In this document: positions 21,425 through 31,868 of the stretch, piece after piece
Layout: each line of letters begins with the position of its first letter
How positions within the stretch are numbered: position 1 is the stretch's first letter
NCBI GenBank assembly: GCA_022775765.1
Contig: JALFKC010000055.1
Coordinates: forward strand, 3,051-67,050
Reading direction: 5' to 3'
Length of the DNA stretch: 64,000 nt
Source: Campylobacter sp.
GTDB taxonomy: Bacteria; Campylobacterota; Campylobacteria; Campylobacterales; Campylobacteraceae
Notes under the pieces: generated by a model
Database searches by the model: none
Told to the model about the DNA's origin: nothing
What the model saw: the letters and a program-made list of their open reading frames with translations, nothing else
Position numbers and translations under genes: made by a program

Positions 21425-22368
21425 AACTCATGGTATTCACCCTTAAGTGGTGAAATCTCAGCGTTTCTAACGCTTGAGACGATATTTATAGAGTTTCTTG
21501 CCTCGTCAAGCCCAAAGCCTTCGCCATTTAGGATTTTTTCGTAACTTCTAGTGTGAAGATCAAAAAATCCACCACTAAACTCTATCTCTTCACCATCAAC
21601 TGTTATACTTCTATAAGTTCTTTGACCCTTTGCTTTGATCTCATCAGGGATATAATCATAATTTACACTCAAAAACCATCTAACCCTAGCGTGAGCTAGC
21701 TCTAAATATCCAGCGTTTGCGTCAGGTTTTTTAAGATGAACTATGTTTTGTTTAACGGGACCAAATATCCAAGTTATCATATCAAAAAAATGCACCCCTA
21801 TATTTGTAGCGATTCCGCCACTTTTGCTCTCATCGCCTTTCCATGAGATAAAATACCACTTTCCGCGACTTGTAAGGTAGGTTAAATCTATATCATAGAT
21901 TTTATTTGGATTAGCCTTTAACTCATCTTCAACTCTTTTTTTAAGTGCGATAATATTTTCGTGAAGTCTTAGTTGGAGTATATTATAAACCTTTTTGCTA
22001 GTTTGATTTTCTAAGCTTTTGAGTTGCTCTATGTTGTGTGGGTTTAATACTAGAGGTTTTTCACATATTGCGTCAGCCCCATTTCTAAGTGCACACCTAA
22101 TATGTGCGTCGTGTAGATAGTTTGGGGTGGTTACAGAGATAAAATCAACCTTATCTTTTGTAAGAGAGAGTTTATAAAGGTGTCTATCAAATCTCTCAAA
22201 TTCAGTAAAAAAGCTAGCATTTGGAAAAAAGCTATCCATTATGCCAACACTATCACTTTTATCTAACGCACAGACCATCTCATTATTTGTTTCTTTTATA
22301 GCTTTTAGGTGGCGTGGGGCGATATATCCACCAACTCCAATTATTGCGAAATTCATTATAACCTCCAA
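21406..22368 (-). CDS. wbpB: UDP-GlcNAcA 3-dehydrogenase (Gfo/Idh/MocA family)
   Basis: [36 protein letters not shown]. Confidence 0.92.
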   Translation of the reverse strand: MEVIMNFAIIGVGGYIAPRHLKAIKETNNEMVCALDKSDSVGIMDSFFPNASFFTEFERFDRHLYKLSLTKDKVDFISVTTPNYLHDAHIRCALRNGADAICEKPLVLNPHNIEQLKSLENQTSKKVYNILQLRLHENIIALKKRVEDELKANPNKIYDIDLTYLTSRGKWYFISWKGDESKSGGIATNIGVHFFDMITWIFGPVKQNIVHLKKPDANAGYLELAHARVRWFLSVNYDYIPDEIKAKGQRTYRSITVDGEEIEFSGGFFDLHTRSYEKILNGEGFGLDEARNSINIVSSVRNAEISPLKGEYHEFCKRVL

Positions 22369-23612
22369 GTAGGATTATCAATAATCCCTTTTATATCTAT
22401 TATTATATCTGAAAGATTGTTAAACTCATCCATAGAGTGCTTTTTAAACTCATCGTGAGCTACGGCCACTATAACTGCGTCGTAAGCTTTGCCTGCTTTA
22501 AATGGGTCTTTGATAAGGCCGTGCTTGTAGTCTTTTTTCTCTTCATTTGGATCAACCCACGGATCATAAACATCTACATTTATCTCAAATTTCTTAAGCT
22601 CTTCAATGATATCAATGACTTTGGTGTTTCTCATATCAGGGCAGTTTTCTTTAAAAGTAAGCCCAAGCATTAAAACATTTGAGTTTCTTATAAGGACATC
22701 GTTTTTTATCATTAATTTGACTGTTTTTTCGGCGATATATTTTGCCATAGAGTTGTTGATATGTCTTGCATTAAGGATTAAATTTGGCTTGTAGCCTAGC
22801 TCTTCAGCCTTATAGGTTAGATAGTAAGGATCAACGCCTATGCAGTGTCCGCCTACAAGACCTGGTTTTAGCTTGATAAAGTTCCACTTTGTAGCAGCAG
22901 CTTCAATGACTTCATTGGTATCAATCCCCATCGTATCAAATATCAAAGCTAGTTCGTTGATAAGAGCGATATTGACATCTCTTTGGGTATTTTCTATGAC
23001 CTTGCTAGCTTCGGCTACTTTTATGCTACTAGCTCTAAAAGTTCCAGCTGTTATTATGCTTTTGTAAAGTTCATCAACTTCATCGGCGATTTTTGGTGTG
23101 CTTCCACTTGTTACTTTTAGAATTTTGCTTACTGTGTGGGTTTTATCCCCTGGATTTATTCTCTCAGGTGAGTATCCACAAAAAAAGTCTTTGTTAAACT
23201 TAAGCCCTGAGGTCTCTTCAAGGCAAGGCACACAAATCTCTTCTGTTACGCCTGGATAAACAGTGCTTTCATAGATGACGATATCACCAATACTAAGCAC
23301 CTTGCCTATACTTTGGCTTGATTTAATAAGCGGGGTAAGATCGGGCTTATTTTTAGAATCTATCGGGGTTGGGACGGTTACAATGAAGATATTTGCCTTT
23401 TGAAGCTCATTTAGATCGGTTGTGTATAAAACATCTATCTCTTTTAGTTGATTGCCATCAAGCTCTAAGGTTCTATCGTAGCCGTTTTTTAGCTCATCAA
23501 TTCTAGTAGGGTTTATATCGTAGCCTATTGTTTGGTATTTTTTAGCAAATGCGTGAAGAAGTGGCATTCCTACATAGCCAAGTCCTATAATTGCGATAAT
23601 TTTATCTTTCAT
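22356..23612 (-). CDS. UDP-N-acetylhexosamine C6 dehydrogenase (WbpA/WbpO/TviB family)
   Basis: GLGYVG, ESTVYPG, SPERINPGD, KVIENTQRD, GLVGGHCIGVDPYYL, FKENCPD. Confidence 0.93.
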   Translation of the reverse strand: MKDKIIAIIGLGYVGMPLLHAFAKKYQTIGYDINPTRIDELKNGYDRTLELDGNQLKEIDVLYTTDLNELQKANIFIVTVPTPIDSKNKPDLTPLIKSSQSIGKVLSIGDIVIYESTVYPGVTEEICVPCLEETSGLKFNKDFFCGYSPERINPGDKTHTVSKILKVTSGSTPKIADEVDELYKSIITAGTFRASSIKVAEASKVIENTQRDVNIALINELALIFDTMGIDTNEVIEAAATKWNFIKLKPGLVGGHCIGVDPYYLTYKAEELGYKPNLILNARHINNSMAKYIAEKTVKLMIKNDVLIRNSNVLMLGLTFKENCPDMRNTKVIDIIEELKKFEINVDVYDPWVDPNEEKKDYKHGLIKDPFKAGKAYDAVIVAVAHDEFKKHSMDEFNNLSDIIIDIKGIIDNPTWRL

Positions 23613-23639
23613 ATAAGATTCCTTTCTTTTAAAGCATTA

Positions 23640-23687
23640 ATTTTAGCATTATTTTGGTTTATTGATATTTAATAGCATTATTTTGGT
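23640..23687 (-). promoter_or_regulatory. Glycan-operon promoter region: extended -10 plus a 15-bp direct repeat
   Basis: Minus-strand TGCTAAAAT at 23640-23648; TAGCATTATTTTGGT at 23644-23658 and 23673-23687. Confidence 0.5.
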
Positions 23688-23760
23688 GGAGATTTTTATT
23701 AATAAGGTGGTTGAATTGCTAGGATTAAGCTTTATAAATTAGTGGCTATTTTTTTATAGT

Positions 23761-23788
23761 AATTCAGCCAAATTTAATTGGCTGAATT
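23761..23788 (-). terminator. Hairpin downstream of cmeC
   Basis: AATTCAGCCAA-atttaa-TTGGCTGAATT. Confidence 0.65.
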
Positions 23789-23806
23789 TAAAGGACGAGT
23801 AGTAGG

Positions 23807-25252
23807 TTATTTACTAAATGGGGATTTTGACATATTTGGCTGAATTGTGACATTTGAGTCTATTAGCTCTTTTTGTTCATCTAGCTTAATCTCAAATCCA
23901 CCACCAAACGCTTTATAGACATTGACGACACTATTTAGGGTTTGTTGTTTGGCTTGAGAGTATCTAAGCCTTGCGTCAAGTAGTCCTCTTTGAGCGTCAA
24001 GTAGATCTATAAACTCACTATATCCAGCGTTGTATCTACTTGAAGCGTTGGTATAAAGTCTCTGGGCTGATTTAAGCAAATCAGCAGTTCTAGTCTCTCT
24101 TTGCATAGAGTATTTTCTAGCATCAAGAGCATTTCTAACATCAGTAAATGCGTCTTTTAACGCCTTATCATAAGAGATAAATGAGGCGTTTTGATCTAAA
24201 TTTGCTATTTCAACTCTTCTAGAGGTTCTACCAAAGTCAATCAAAGGGCCAGCTAAAGATCCAACGATATTCCACGAATTGCTTATGCTATCAAATAGAT
24301 CAGAAAACTCTCCACTTTGATATCCCAAAACTCCTGTCAAAGAAAACGATGGGAAATAATCGGCCTTAGTTGCACCTACTAGGTAGTTAGTGGCCCTTAG
24401 GTTTTCAAGTGCTCTACCAACATCGGGGCGTTTTAAAAGCACATCTGAAGGCACACCATTTGGCACTACAGGCACTTTAATCTCTGATTTGGTAACCATC
24501 ATCTCTTTGTAAAGTAGATCATTATAATCACTTCCACTCATATTTAAAAGTGCGTTATTGACTTGAGAAATCTGATCTGTAACTTCAACTAAATTTACCT
24601 TAGCTCTTTGAAGCTCTACATCTGTTTGATTAACTGCTACATTATCGATCACACCTGCGTTATACTGTCTTTGTCTATAGCTTAGGCTATTTTGATAGCT
24701 TTTGACTGTCTCTTTTAGGATAGCTTGTTGCTCAATTAAAAATTTAAGCTGAAAATATGCGGTTACAGCGTTGCTAATAAGACTGAGTTTAACAGCTTCA
24801 TAGTCATAAATTCCAGCATTTAGCCTTGAAGTATTGGCTGCGATAGTGTTTGCTATCTTGCCCCAAACATCAAGCTCATAGTTAAGTGCTAAATTTGCAG
24901 AATAGACTGAATTTGAGGCTGAATTTGGTGCAGTAGGGAAGTTATTTTGCCTACCTGCGTCAAAGCCATAAGTTATATTTGGCAAGTGCGAGAGCTTGCT
25001 AAGTCCTAAAGTCGCTCTAAGAATTTCAATATTATTTAAAGCAAGTTGTAAATCTGAGTTGTTTTTAAGCACATCCATTACAAGCTTATTTAAGTTGCTA
25101 TCGTTAAAATCCATCCACCACTTATCACTAATGCTTACGCCCGTTAAATTTGCATCAAATGTAGTGTCCCTTACTGGGGTTGTTGGTTTAAACGAACAAC
25201 CTGTCAGTAAGAGTAAAGCTCCAAAACCTGCTATTAAAGTTTTTTTCATCAT
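23807..25252 (-). CDS. cmeC: RND efflux outer-membrane channel lipoprotein (TolC/NodT family)
   Basis: Lipobox LLTGC, YELDVWG, RPDV, YFPSFSL, LIDFGR, YKAFGGG; follows cmeB. Confidence 0.92.
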   Translation of the reverse strand: MMKKTLIAGFGALLLLTGCSFKPTTPVRDTTFDANLTGVSISDKWWMDFNDSNLNKLVMDVLKNNSDLQLALNNIEILRATLGLSKLSHLPNITYGFDAGRQNNFPTAPNSASNSVYSANLALNYELDVWGKIANTIAANTSRLNAGIYDYEAVKLSLISNAVTAYFQLKFLIEQQAILKETVKSYQNSLSYRQRQYNAGVIDNVAVNQTDVELQRAKVNLVEVTDQISQVNNALLNMSGSDYNDLLYKEMMVTKSEIKVPVVPNGVPSDVLLKRPDVGRALENLRATNYLVGATKADYFPSFSLTGVLGYQSGEFSDLFDSISNSWNIVGSLAGPLIDFGRTSRRVEIANLDQNASFISYDKALKDAFTDVRNALDARKYSMQRETRTADLLKSAQRLYTNASSRYNAGYSEFIDLLDAQRGLLDARLRYSQAKQQTLNSVVNVYKAFGGGFEIKLDEQKELIDSNVTIQPNMSKSPFSK

Positions 25253-28200
25253 TGTATCTCCCTACCTTGTGCTACGACTATTTCTGTGGCTTGTTTCTCA
25301 TCATTTTTACTTTTTTTGCTTGATTTTAGCCAAGTGCTAAATTTCTCAAGCAGATAGTAAAATAGTGGTACAAAAAATATCGCAACAGTAGAAGCAAATA
25401 TCATACCGCCAACAACACCAGTTCCAAGTGAGTGCCTACTTGCTGCACCTGCTCCGGTGCTTATCACCATAGGGAAAACCCCCAAAGTAAACGCAATAGA
25501 AGTCATAACTATCGGTCTAAATCTAAGCCTTGCAGCATTAACCGCAGCCTCAAATATGGTCTCATCTTTTGCTCTTTCTGCCATCGCAAACTCAACAATC
25601 AAAATAGCATTTTTAGCTGCCAAACCAATAAGAAGCACAAGTCCTATTTGGAAATAAACATCACTACTTAATCCCCTTAACCAAGTAAATAGTGCTGATC
25701 CTAGAACCGAAAATGGCACCGCTGTTAAAACAGCTACTGGCATTAGCCATCTTTCGTATTGAGCTGCTAGAATTAAATAGACAAATATTAGACCAAATAC
25801 AAAAGCTATAGCACCAGTTCCGCTAGCTTGAACCTCTTGATAGGCTGAACCTGTCCAGCCGATATTGTATTCGCTGCCAAATGTTTCATGCATAACTTCA
25901 CTCATAGCTTTGATAGAATCTCCTGAAGTGTATCCAGGGGCTGGCTCACCAAGAATCTTAGCCGCTGGGAAACCATTAAATCTATCAAGAGAATCAGCAC
26001 CCAAGGTTTTTTTTAGACTGACGATTGAATTTAATGGAACAAGTTCGCCATATGAGCTCTTTACAAACATCTTCTTAAGATCGCTTGGCTGACCTCTATC
26101 ATTAGCTTCAGCTCTTAGATAAACTTTATAAGTTTTACCAAGTAAGTTAAAGTCATTGACATAATATCCTGCAATATTAGCATTCAATACATCAAATATA
26201 TCATCTATATCAATTCCAAGCATTTTTGCTTTGTCTTCATCAACTTTTAGATCATACTGTGGAAATCTCGTATCAAGAGTTGTTCTAACCATAGTAAGTT
26301 CTGGTCTTTGATTTGCTATAGCGGCAACTTTTTCCATATCAGCTTGAATATCGTGAAAGCTTTTGCCGGTTCTGTTTTCAGCAAAAAACTCAAAACCACC
26401 TGTTGTAGATAGACCCATAATTGGTGGTGGGTTGGTTACGAAAGTAAGAGACTCTCTATCTGGGGCTAGGGCCGCATTGTATCTAGCTGCCATATCAAAA
26501 GTTGAAGTTCCCTCTCCTGTTCTTAGTGACCAATCTTTTGCCTTAATAAATCCAATAGAAGCATTTTCTCTCAAAGAGCCTGATAATATGTCATAACCTG
26601 CCATAATTGCTATCATCTCAACATTTTCATCTTGCAAGACCATTTGGGCAATTTTGTTGGTATTATCTATAGTTCTTTGAAGTGAAGCTGCTGATGGAAG
26701 AGTAGTTATTACCATAACCGCACCCTTATCTTCATCTGGGACAAGCCCGCCAGGCAGTGTTTTTAGAAGTGTAAATGCTGAAAAAACTAAAATTCCAACT
26801 ACTACCAAAGATGGTATAACATGTCTTAAAATTTTAGCAACACCTGCAGTGAATATTCCTGTGCACCAGTCAAAAAAGTCGTTAAATTTCTTAACAAACC
26901 ACCATTTTTCTTTTCTCTCTTTTTTTAGAAGTGTGATACAAAGTGCAGGAGTTAGTGTTAGGGCAACAAATCCTGATATTATAACCGAAACAACAAGTGT
27001 TAGTGCAAATTGCTTTTGGATAATTCCTACAAAGCCTTCCATAAATGAAACTGGCACAAAAACCGCTGACAAAACAAGCACTATCGAAACAACAGGGGCA
27101 AAAATTTCACTCATTGCTTTTTCAGTTGCTTGCTTGACCGTGAGTTCGGGCTCTTCTTCTAGGATACGCTCCACATTTTCTATAACAATAATCGCATCAT
27201 CCACAACAATACCGATTGCCAAAATTAAGGCAAACAGCGTAATTGAGTTAATACTAAAGCCCATCAGATACATACCTGCAAACGCACCGACAATTGATAC
27301 TGGCACTGCAAGCATCGGTATAATAGTAGCTCTAAGATCCCCTAGGAATAGATACATAACTATACAAACAAGAACTAGTGCCTCAAAAAAAGTTTTGGCA
27401 ACTTCTTTGACATTTTCATTGATAAAGTCTGTAATATCATAAGGAACTTGATATTCTAGCCCTTCAGGGAAAGTCTCAGCAATTTGAGCTATCCTAGCCT
27501 TTACAGCTTCAGATGTAGCTAGAGCGTTTGCACCATTTTGCATAAATACAAGCACTGGTGCCATATCATATCCATTAATGGATCCTGTAAATACATCTTT
27601 TTCACCATCTAATTTAACTTCAGCTACATCTTTTATCCTTAAGGTTGAGCCATTTGGATTGGTAGCTATGATGATATTTTCAAACTCCTCAATCGTCACA
27701 AGCCTTCCTTTTGGATTGACTGAAAATACAAAAGCATTGTCTCCAGCTGTTGGCCTTTCGCCAAATTTACCAACTGCATATTGGCTATTTTGTTCTCTTA
27801 TCACCGAGATAATTTCAGGGACGGTTATGCCGTGTCTTATAAGCTTGTCAGGCTGTAGATATACTTTCATAGAGTAGCTTTTGTTACCTATCAAAACAGC
27901 TTGGCCAACGCCATCGACTCTTTTTAGTTCATCTTCAACATTTATCTTTATGTAGTTGTTAAGTTCAACTGTCCCCATAGAACCACTTTTATCATAAAAA
28001 GCAACGACTTGCAAAATACTTGGACTTCTCTCAAAAATATTAAGTCCGTATCTTCTAACCTCTTCAGGCAAAAGTGGCTCTGCAGTTTTTACTTTATTGT
28101 TAACATTAACTAGTGCGGTTTGAGGGTCTGTGCCTACCTTAAAAGTAACGGTTAAAGTAAGCTCACCAGATGAACTTGAGCTAGATTGCATATAGATCAT

Positions 28201-28425
28201 ATCCTCAACGCCATTTATCGCCTCTTCTAGTGGTGCAGCAACAGTATCGGCGATGGTTTGAGCTGAAGCTCCTGGATAGCTAGCTGAAACTATAATCTCA
28301 GGCGGGGTGAGTTGTGGATAATCCTCTACTGGCAAAACCTTCATACACACTAGCCCTGCTATCACTATGATTATAGACATAACCATAGCAGCTATTGGTC
28401 TGTTGATTGAAAATTTAGCAAACAT
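25249..28425 (-). CDS. cmeB: RND multidrug efflux transporter (HAE1)
   Basis: GIVVDDAIIVIENVER, ALTLTPALC, GLAAKNAILIVEFA, RFRPIVMTS. Confidence 0.95.
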   Translation of the reverse strand: MFAKFSINRPIAAMVMSIIIVIAGLVCMKVLPVEDYPQLTPPEIIVSASYPGASAQTIADTVAAPLEEAINGVEDMIYMQSSSSSSGELTLTVTFKVGTDPQTALVNVNNKVKTAEPLLPEEVRRYGLNIFERSPSILQVVAFYDKSGSMGTVELNNYIKINVEDELKRVDGVGQAVLIGNKSYSMKVYLQPDKLIRHGITVPEIISVIREQNSQYAVGKFGERPTAGDNAFVFSVNPKGRLVTIEEFENIIIATNPNGSTLRIKDVAEVKLDGEKDVFTGSINGYDMAPVLVFMQNGANALATSEAVKARIAQIAETFPEGLEYQVPYDITDFINENVKEVAKTFFEALVLVCIVMYLFLGDLRATIIPMLAVPVSIVGAFAGMYLMGFSINSITLFALILAIGIVVDDAIIVIENVERILEEEPELTVKQATEKAMSEIFAPVVSIVLVLSAVFVPVSFMEGFVGIIQKQFALTLVVSVIISGFVALTLTPALCITLLKKERKEKWWFVKKFNDFFDWCTGIFTAGVAKILRHVIPSLVVVGILVFSAFTLLKTLPGGLVPDEDKGAVMVITTLPSAASLQRTIDNTNKIAQMVLQDENVEMIAIMAGYDILSGSLRENASIGFIKAKDWSLRTGEGTSTFDMAARYNAALAPDRESLTFVTNPPPIMGLSTTGGFEFFAENRTGKSFHDIQADMEKVAAIANQRPELTMVRTTLDTRFPQYDLKVDEDKAKMLGIDIDDIFDVLNANIAGYYVNDFNLLGKTYKVYLRAEANDRGQPSDLKKMFVKSSYGELVPLNSIVSLKKTLGADSLDRFNGFPAAKILGEPAPGYTSGDSIKAMSEVMHETFGSEYNIGWTGSAYQEVQASGTGAIAFVFGLIFVYLILAAQYERWLMPVAVLTAVPFSVLGSALFTWLRGLSSDVYFQIGLVLLIGLAAKNAILIVEFAMAERAKDETIFEAAVNAARLRFRPIVMTSIAFTLGVFPMVISTGAGAASRHSLGTGVVGGMIFASTVAIFFVPLFYYLLEKFSTWLKSSKKSKNDEKQATEIVVAQGREIQ

Positions 28426-29582
28426 TATTTACTCTCCGAAACTTTTTGTGCTGGGGCACCTACTCTGATTTTTTGGAAATTATCAAGTATTAGTTCATCG
28501 CCATCGTTTAAGCCTTCGCTAATTACAACATATTCTGGTCTTTCATATACTATCTTAACATCAGCTTGTCTTACTATGCCATCTTTTAAGATATAAACAA
28601 ATGGTTGAACCAATCCTTGTTGGACAGATGATGATGGAATTTTAAATGCATTCTTTTGATATACACCTCTAAGCACTACAGTTGAGAATGTTCCTGGCGT
28701 CATCTTGCCTTCTTTATTAGGAAATTCAGCCTTTGCATCTACGCTACCTGTGCGAGCATTTATAACCTCATCTACAAAAACCAAGGTTCCATTGTAATCA
28801 ACACCATTATAATTAGTCGTTACATACATTTTGCCATCGTTCCAAGTTCCATTTGCAATATTTCTTGTAATCTGCAAATGCTCTGTATCAGCTATAGCAA
28901 ACTCAGCATCTATTGGATCAAGTCTAGTAAGTCTTATAAGGCTTGGGTCTTGTAAATTTATATAGCTACCCACATCTTTTAGTTTATCGCCAACTACACC
29001 ATCAAACGGGGCAGTTACAACTGTATAGCCAAGATCAAGTGCTGCGTCTTCGAGCTTTGCTTCAGCTGAAGCTAAATTCGCTTTTGACATAGCATAAGCT
29101 GAAGTTGTAGCGTCGTATTCTTTTTGGCTGATTGCACGAGATTTTCTAAGTTTTGTAGCTCTTGTAAAGTCTCTTTTGGTTTTGTTGATATCAGCTATAG
29201 CAGTATCAACGCCAGCTTTTGCCATATTGTAAGCAGCTTGATATTTATCAGGGTCTATCAAAAATAGCTTATCTCCAGCTTTGACAAAATCCCCAGCCTT
29301 AACATACTGTTCCATCAAAGTTCCAGCTACTTTAGCCACAACTATAATATCTTGTCTGCTGTTAAGCTTTGCAGGAAATTGCAAAGCAACTTCAACATCT
29401 TCTTGCTTCACATTCATAGTGCTAACCCTTGGTGCTTGAGGTTTATTTGCAGAAGTACCATTAGCCTTGCTGGCTATTTTGCTCTCATCTACAAATTTAA
29501 GAAGCAAATTATCTATTTTATCGCATCCACTAAGCAAAAAAGCAAGTGAAACCGATATAATAATAGAGTATATCTTATTCAT
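28425..29582 (-). CDS. cmeA: RND periplasmic adaptor lipoprotein
   Basis: Lipobox LLSGC, lipoyl/hairpin motifs (LFLIDP, VTAPFDG), PGTF. Confidence 0.93.
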   Translation of the reverse strand: MNKIYSIIISVSLAFLLSGCDKIDNLLLKFVDESKIASKANGTSANKPQAPRVSTMNVKQEDVEVALQFPAKLNSRQDIIVVAKVAGTLMEQYVKAGDFVKAGDKLFLIDPDKYQAAYNMAKAGVDTAIADINKTKRDFTRATKLRKSRAISQKEYDATTSAYAMSKANLASAEAKLEDAALDLGYTVVTAPFDGVVGDKLKDVGSYINLQDPSLIRLTRLDPIDAEFAIADTEHLQITRNIANGTWNDGKMYVTTNYNGVDYNGTLVFVDEVINARTGSVDAKAEFPNKEGKMTPGTFSTVVLRGVYQKNAFKIPSSSVQQGLVQPFVYILKDGIVRQADVKIVYERPEYVVISEGLNDGDELILDNFQKIRVGAPAQKVSESK

Positions 29583-29602
29583 TTTCGTCCTTTATTTGAA
29601 TA

Positions 29603-29618
29603 TGTAATATAAATTACA
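29603..29618. promoter_or_regulatory. CmeR operator (inverted repeat)
   Basis: TGTAAT-ATAA-ATTACA between cmeR and cmeA; matches the TGTAAT-N4-ATTACA architecture of the C. jejuni CmeR site. Confidence 0.85.
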
Positions 29619-29685
29619 ACAAACGATAATTTTATCTATAAAGCTTAAACAAGTCAAGAAAAATTTATTTGTTAATTGTAGCTAT

Positions 29686-30330
29686 TTAAGCAAGTATCCC
29701 ATGTAAAAATATTTTAACTACAAATCTAACATGATCTTTTATCTCTTCTTCGCTATAGCTAATAGGCTCTTCAAAAATTATGACATTTTCAAAGTATGGG
29801 GCTTGTATATATTTGATAAATATAAAAGCCATAGTAAAGAATGTCTTCTTGTCGATATTTTTTTCACCGGGTAAATTTGAGAAGTTAAATTTGAATTTAT
29901 CTTTGTAACTATACAGATATTTGGTTAAATTCCCATAAATTCTATCAGCACCTCTTTTATAATACATACTGCCTATATCCTTTTTTACACTCATTTTGGT
30001 TATAAGTCTATAGAGCATTACTTTTCTGGGTTCTAAAAAAACTTTGAGATGATGAATGCCGTATCTATATAAAAACTCGTCTAGTTCCAGATTTAAATTA
30101 GCTTCATATCTAAAATCTTTTATAAAATTATCAATTTCGTTGGTTATAATTTTTTCAAAAAGCTCTTCTTTATTTTTAAAATGTTTGTATATAGTAGAGA
30201 GTGAGCCCCCGCTAAGAGCTACAACATCACTAAGGCTTGTATTGTCATAGCCATTTTTTAAAAATAGCTCAACTGCTGCGTCTAGGATTTTGTTGTATCT
30301 CTCTTCGGCTTTGGAGCTTAAATCTCTCAT
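29686..30330 (-). CDS. cmeR: TetR-family repressor of cmeABC
   Basis: TetR HTH (ILDAAVELFLKNGYDNTSLSDVVALSGGSLSTIYKHFKNKEELF); directly upstream of cmeA. Confidence 0.9.
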   Translation of the reverse strand: MRDLSSKAEERYNKILDAAVELFLKNGYDNTSLSDVVALSGGSLSTIYKHFKNKEELFEKIITNEIDNFIKDFRYEANLNLELDEFLYRYGIHHLKVFLEPRKVMLYRLITKMSVKKDIGSMYYKRGADRIYGNLTKYLYSYKDKFKFNFSNLPGEKNIDKKTFFTMAFIFIKYIQAPYFENVIIFEEPISYSEEEIKDHVRFVVKIFLHGILA

Positions 30331-31715
30331 TTTCCATCTGCCTTTTGCGAGATTTTATCGGCAGATGGGTAGATGAAAGTTGAACTAATATTTGTAAATA
30401 TCTCTTTATCATCAACCGAGTATGCGTGGATATTAAATGGCACAACAACATCTGAATTTGTGTTATTTGTTGGGTTTTCTTTGAGTTTTAACTCTACTAT
30501 TACTCTTCTTTTTCCATTTCCTGAGACTTTTATATCAGAACTTGGTTTAAGCAAAATTATATTTTTATCATCTATGTCAAATTTGTATGAGTGATCTTTG
30601 TGGTCGGTATTTTCTATCATAAATACATAGTTGTTTGTGATCTCCATCACACCATTTGGAAGTTTTTGAATATAGTAAGGTTTTTGGTCGCTTGTAATTT
30701 TAACAATCATTCCATCTTTGCTAGCAAAAAGGCCAAATCCCAAAACTAATGCAAGCAAAATAATAACTATATAGCCAACTGTTTTAAACCTAAAAAGTTT
30801 TGGTGAGGTTTGAGATTTCATAGCGTTTTTACTAGTCCATTCGATGAGTGATGGTTCATTAAATCTTTTCATAACTTTCGCACACGCATCCGCACACTCT
30901 AAGCAGTTGATACACTCAAGCTGCATACCTTTTCTGATATCAATATGAGTTGGACACACTACCACACAGCCATTACAGCCTATGCACAAATCATCTTTAC
31001 CGGCTGGTTTGTTTGAGATTTTGTTACCAGTTTCATCATAAATTTTACCGCCTCTTTGTTCGTTATAGATAACTTGAACGCTATCACTATCAAAAAGGGT
31101 GGATTGAATTCTCGCATACGGACAGACATATACACAAAATCTCTCTTCCAAAAACGCAACATCAAAAAACAAAAACAGTGCAACTATAAACAAAAACCCC
31201 ATCATTATAGGATGGTCGGCTGGGGATTTAATATACTCAAAAAAATCCTCTGGTGGGATAAAAAACCACACAAAATTTGAAGCAATTATTAGGGCTAAAA
31301 TTCCCCAAATAACTGTGCCAAGTATATATTTGGTGTCTTTTTTAACGGGTTTTTGTTTGTTTGCAGAAGTTTTTCTGATTTTTAAAAGTTTAGTCTGAAT
31401 TAAATCTCTGTAAATAAACCTAAATATCGTTTGTGGACATGACCATCCACACCAAACTCTTCCAGCCAAAGTGGTTACAAAAAATATAAAAAGAAAAAAT
31501 GCAATTATAAAAAACGGCATAAATTTGAGCTCTTGGGCTGAAAATGAGTTAAAAAATAGATGAATCGTCGTGTGCTCAAAATTTAGTAAAAAGAAATGAT
31601 TACCACCAATTGTAATAAATGGGACTATCAAACCAAATAGCGTAATACAGACAAAAATTAAATGTCTTTTTCTTAGATAGTGATCTGCCTTAAAATTAAC
31701 TTGTAGGCTACTCAA
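30327..31715 (-). CDS. ccoG: Cytochrome c oxidase accessory protein CcoG/FixG
   Basis: GRVWCGWSCPQT, CVYVCPYARIQ, CIGCNGCVVVCP, CINCLECADAC. Confidence 0.95.
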   Translation of the reverse strand: MSSLQVNFKADHYLRKRHLIFVCITLFGLIVPFITIGGNHFFLLNFEHTTIHLFFNSFSAQELKFMPFFIIAFFLFIFFVTTLAGRVWCGWSCPQTIFRFIYRDLIQTKLLKIRKTSANKQKPVKKDTKYILGTVIWGILALIIASNFVWFFIPPEDFFEYIKSPADHPIMMGFLFIVALFLFFDVAFLEERFCVYVCPYARIQSTLFDSDSVQVIYNEQRGGKIYDETGNKISNKPAGKDDLCIGCNGCVVVCPTHIDIRKGMQLECINCLECADACAKVMKRFNEPSLIEWTSKNAMKSQTSPKLFRFKTVGYIVIILLALVLGFGLFASKDGMIVKITSDQKPYYIQKLPNGVMEITNNYVFMIENTDHKDHSYKFDIDDKNIILLKPSSDIKVSGNGKRRVIVELKLKENPTNNTNSDVVVPFNIHAYSVDDKEIFTNISSTFIYPSADKISQKADGK

Positions 31716-31824
31716 TACAGCTCCTTTTATTTTCTTTACTAAAAAAGTAAAAAATAAGTTTCATTAATATTATGCCGTATTGTAATGCTTTTTACTTAAA
31801 AATAAGATTAATTTTAAAATTTTA

Positions 31825-31833
31825 TGCTAGAAT
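31825..31833 (+). promoter_or_regulatory. Extended -10 (sigma70) for rpsU
   Basis: TGCTAGAAT about 35 nt upstream of the ATG. Confidence 0.55.
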
Positions 31834-31868
31834 GTGATTTCAATTTTAAAAAGAAAGGTGGTGGGGAT

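Noticed and set aside
23807-29582. Resistance-enhancing RE-CmeABC variant
   Set aside because: It cannot be assessed without alignment; the operator arms are intact and divergence is expected for a different species.
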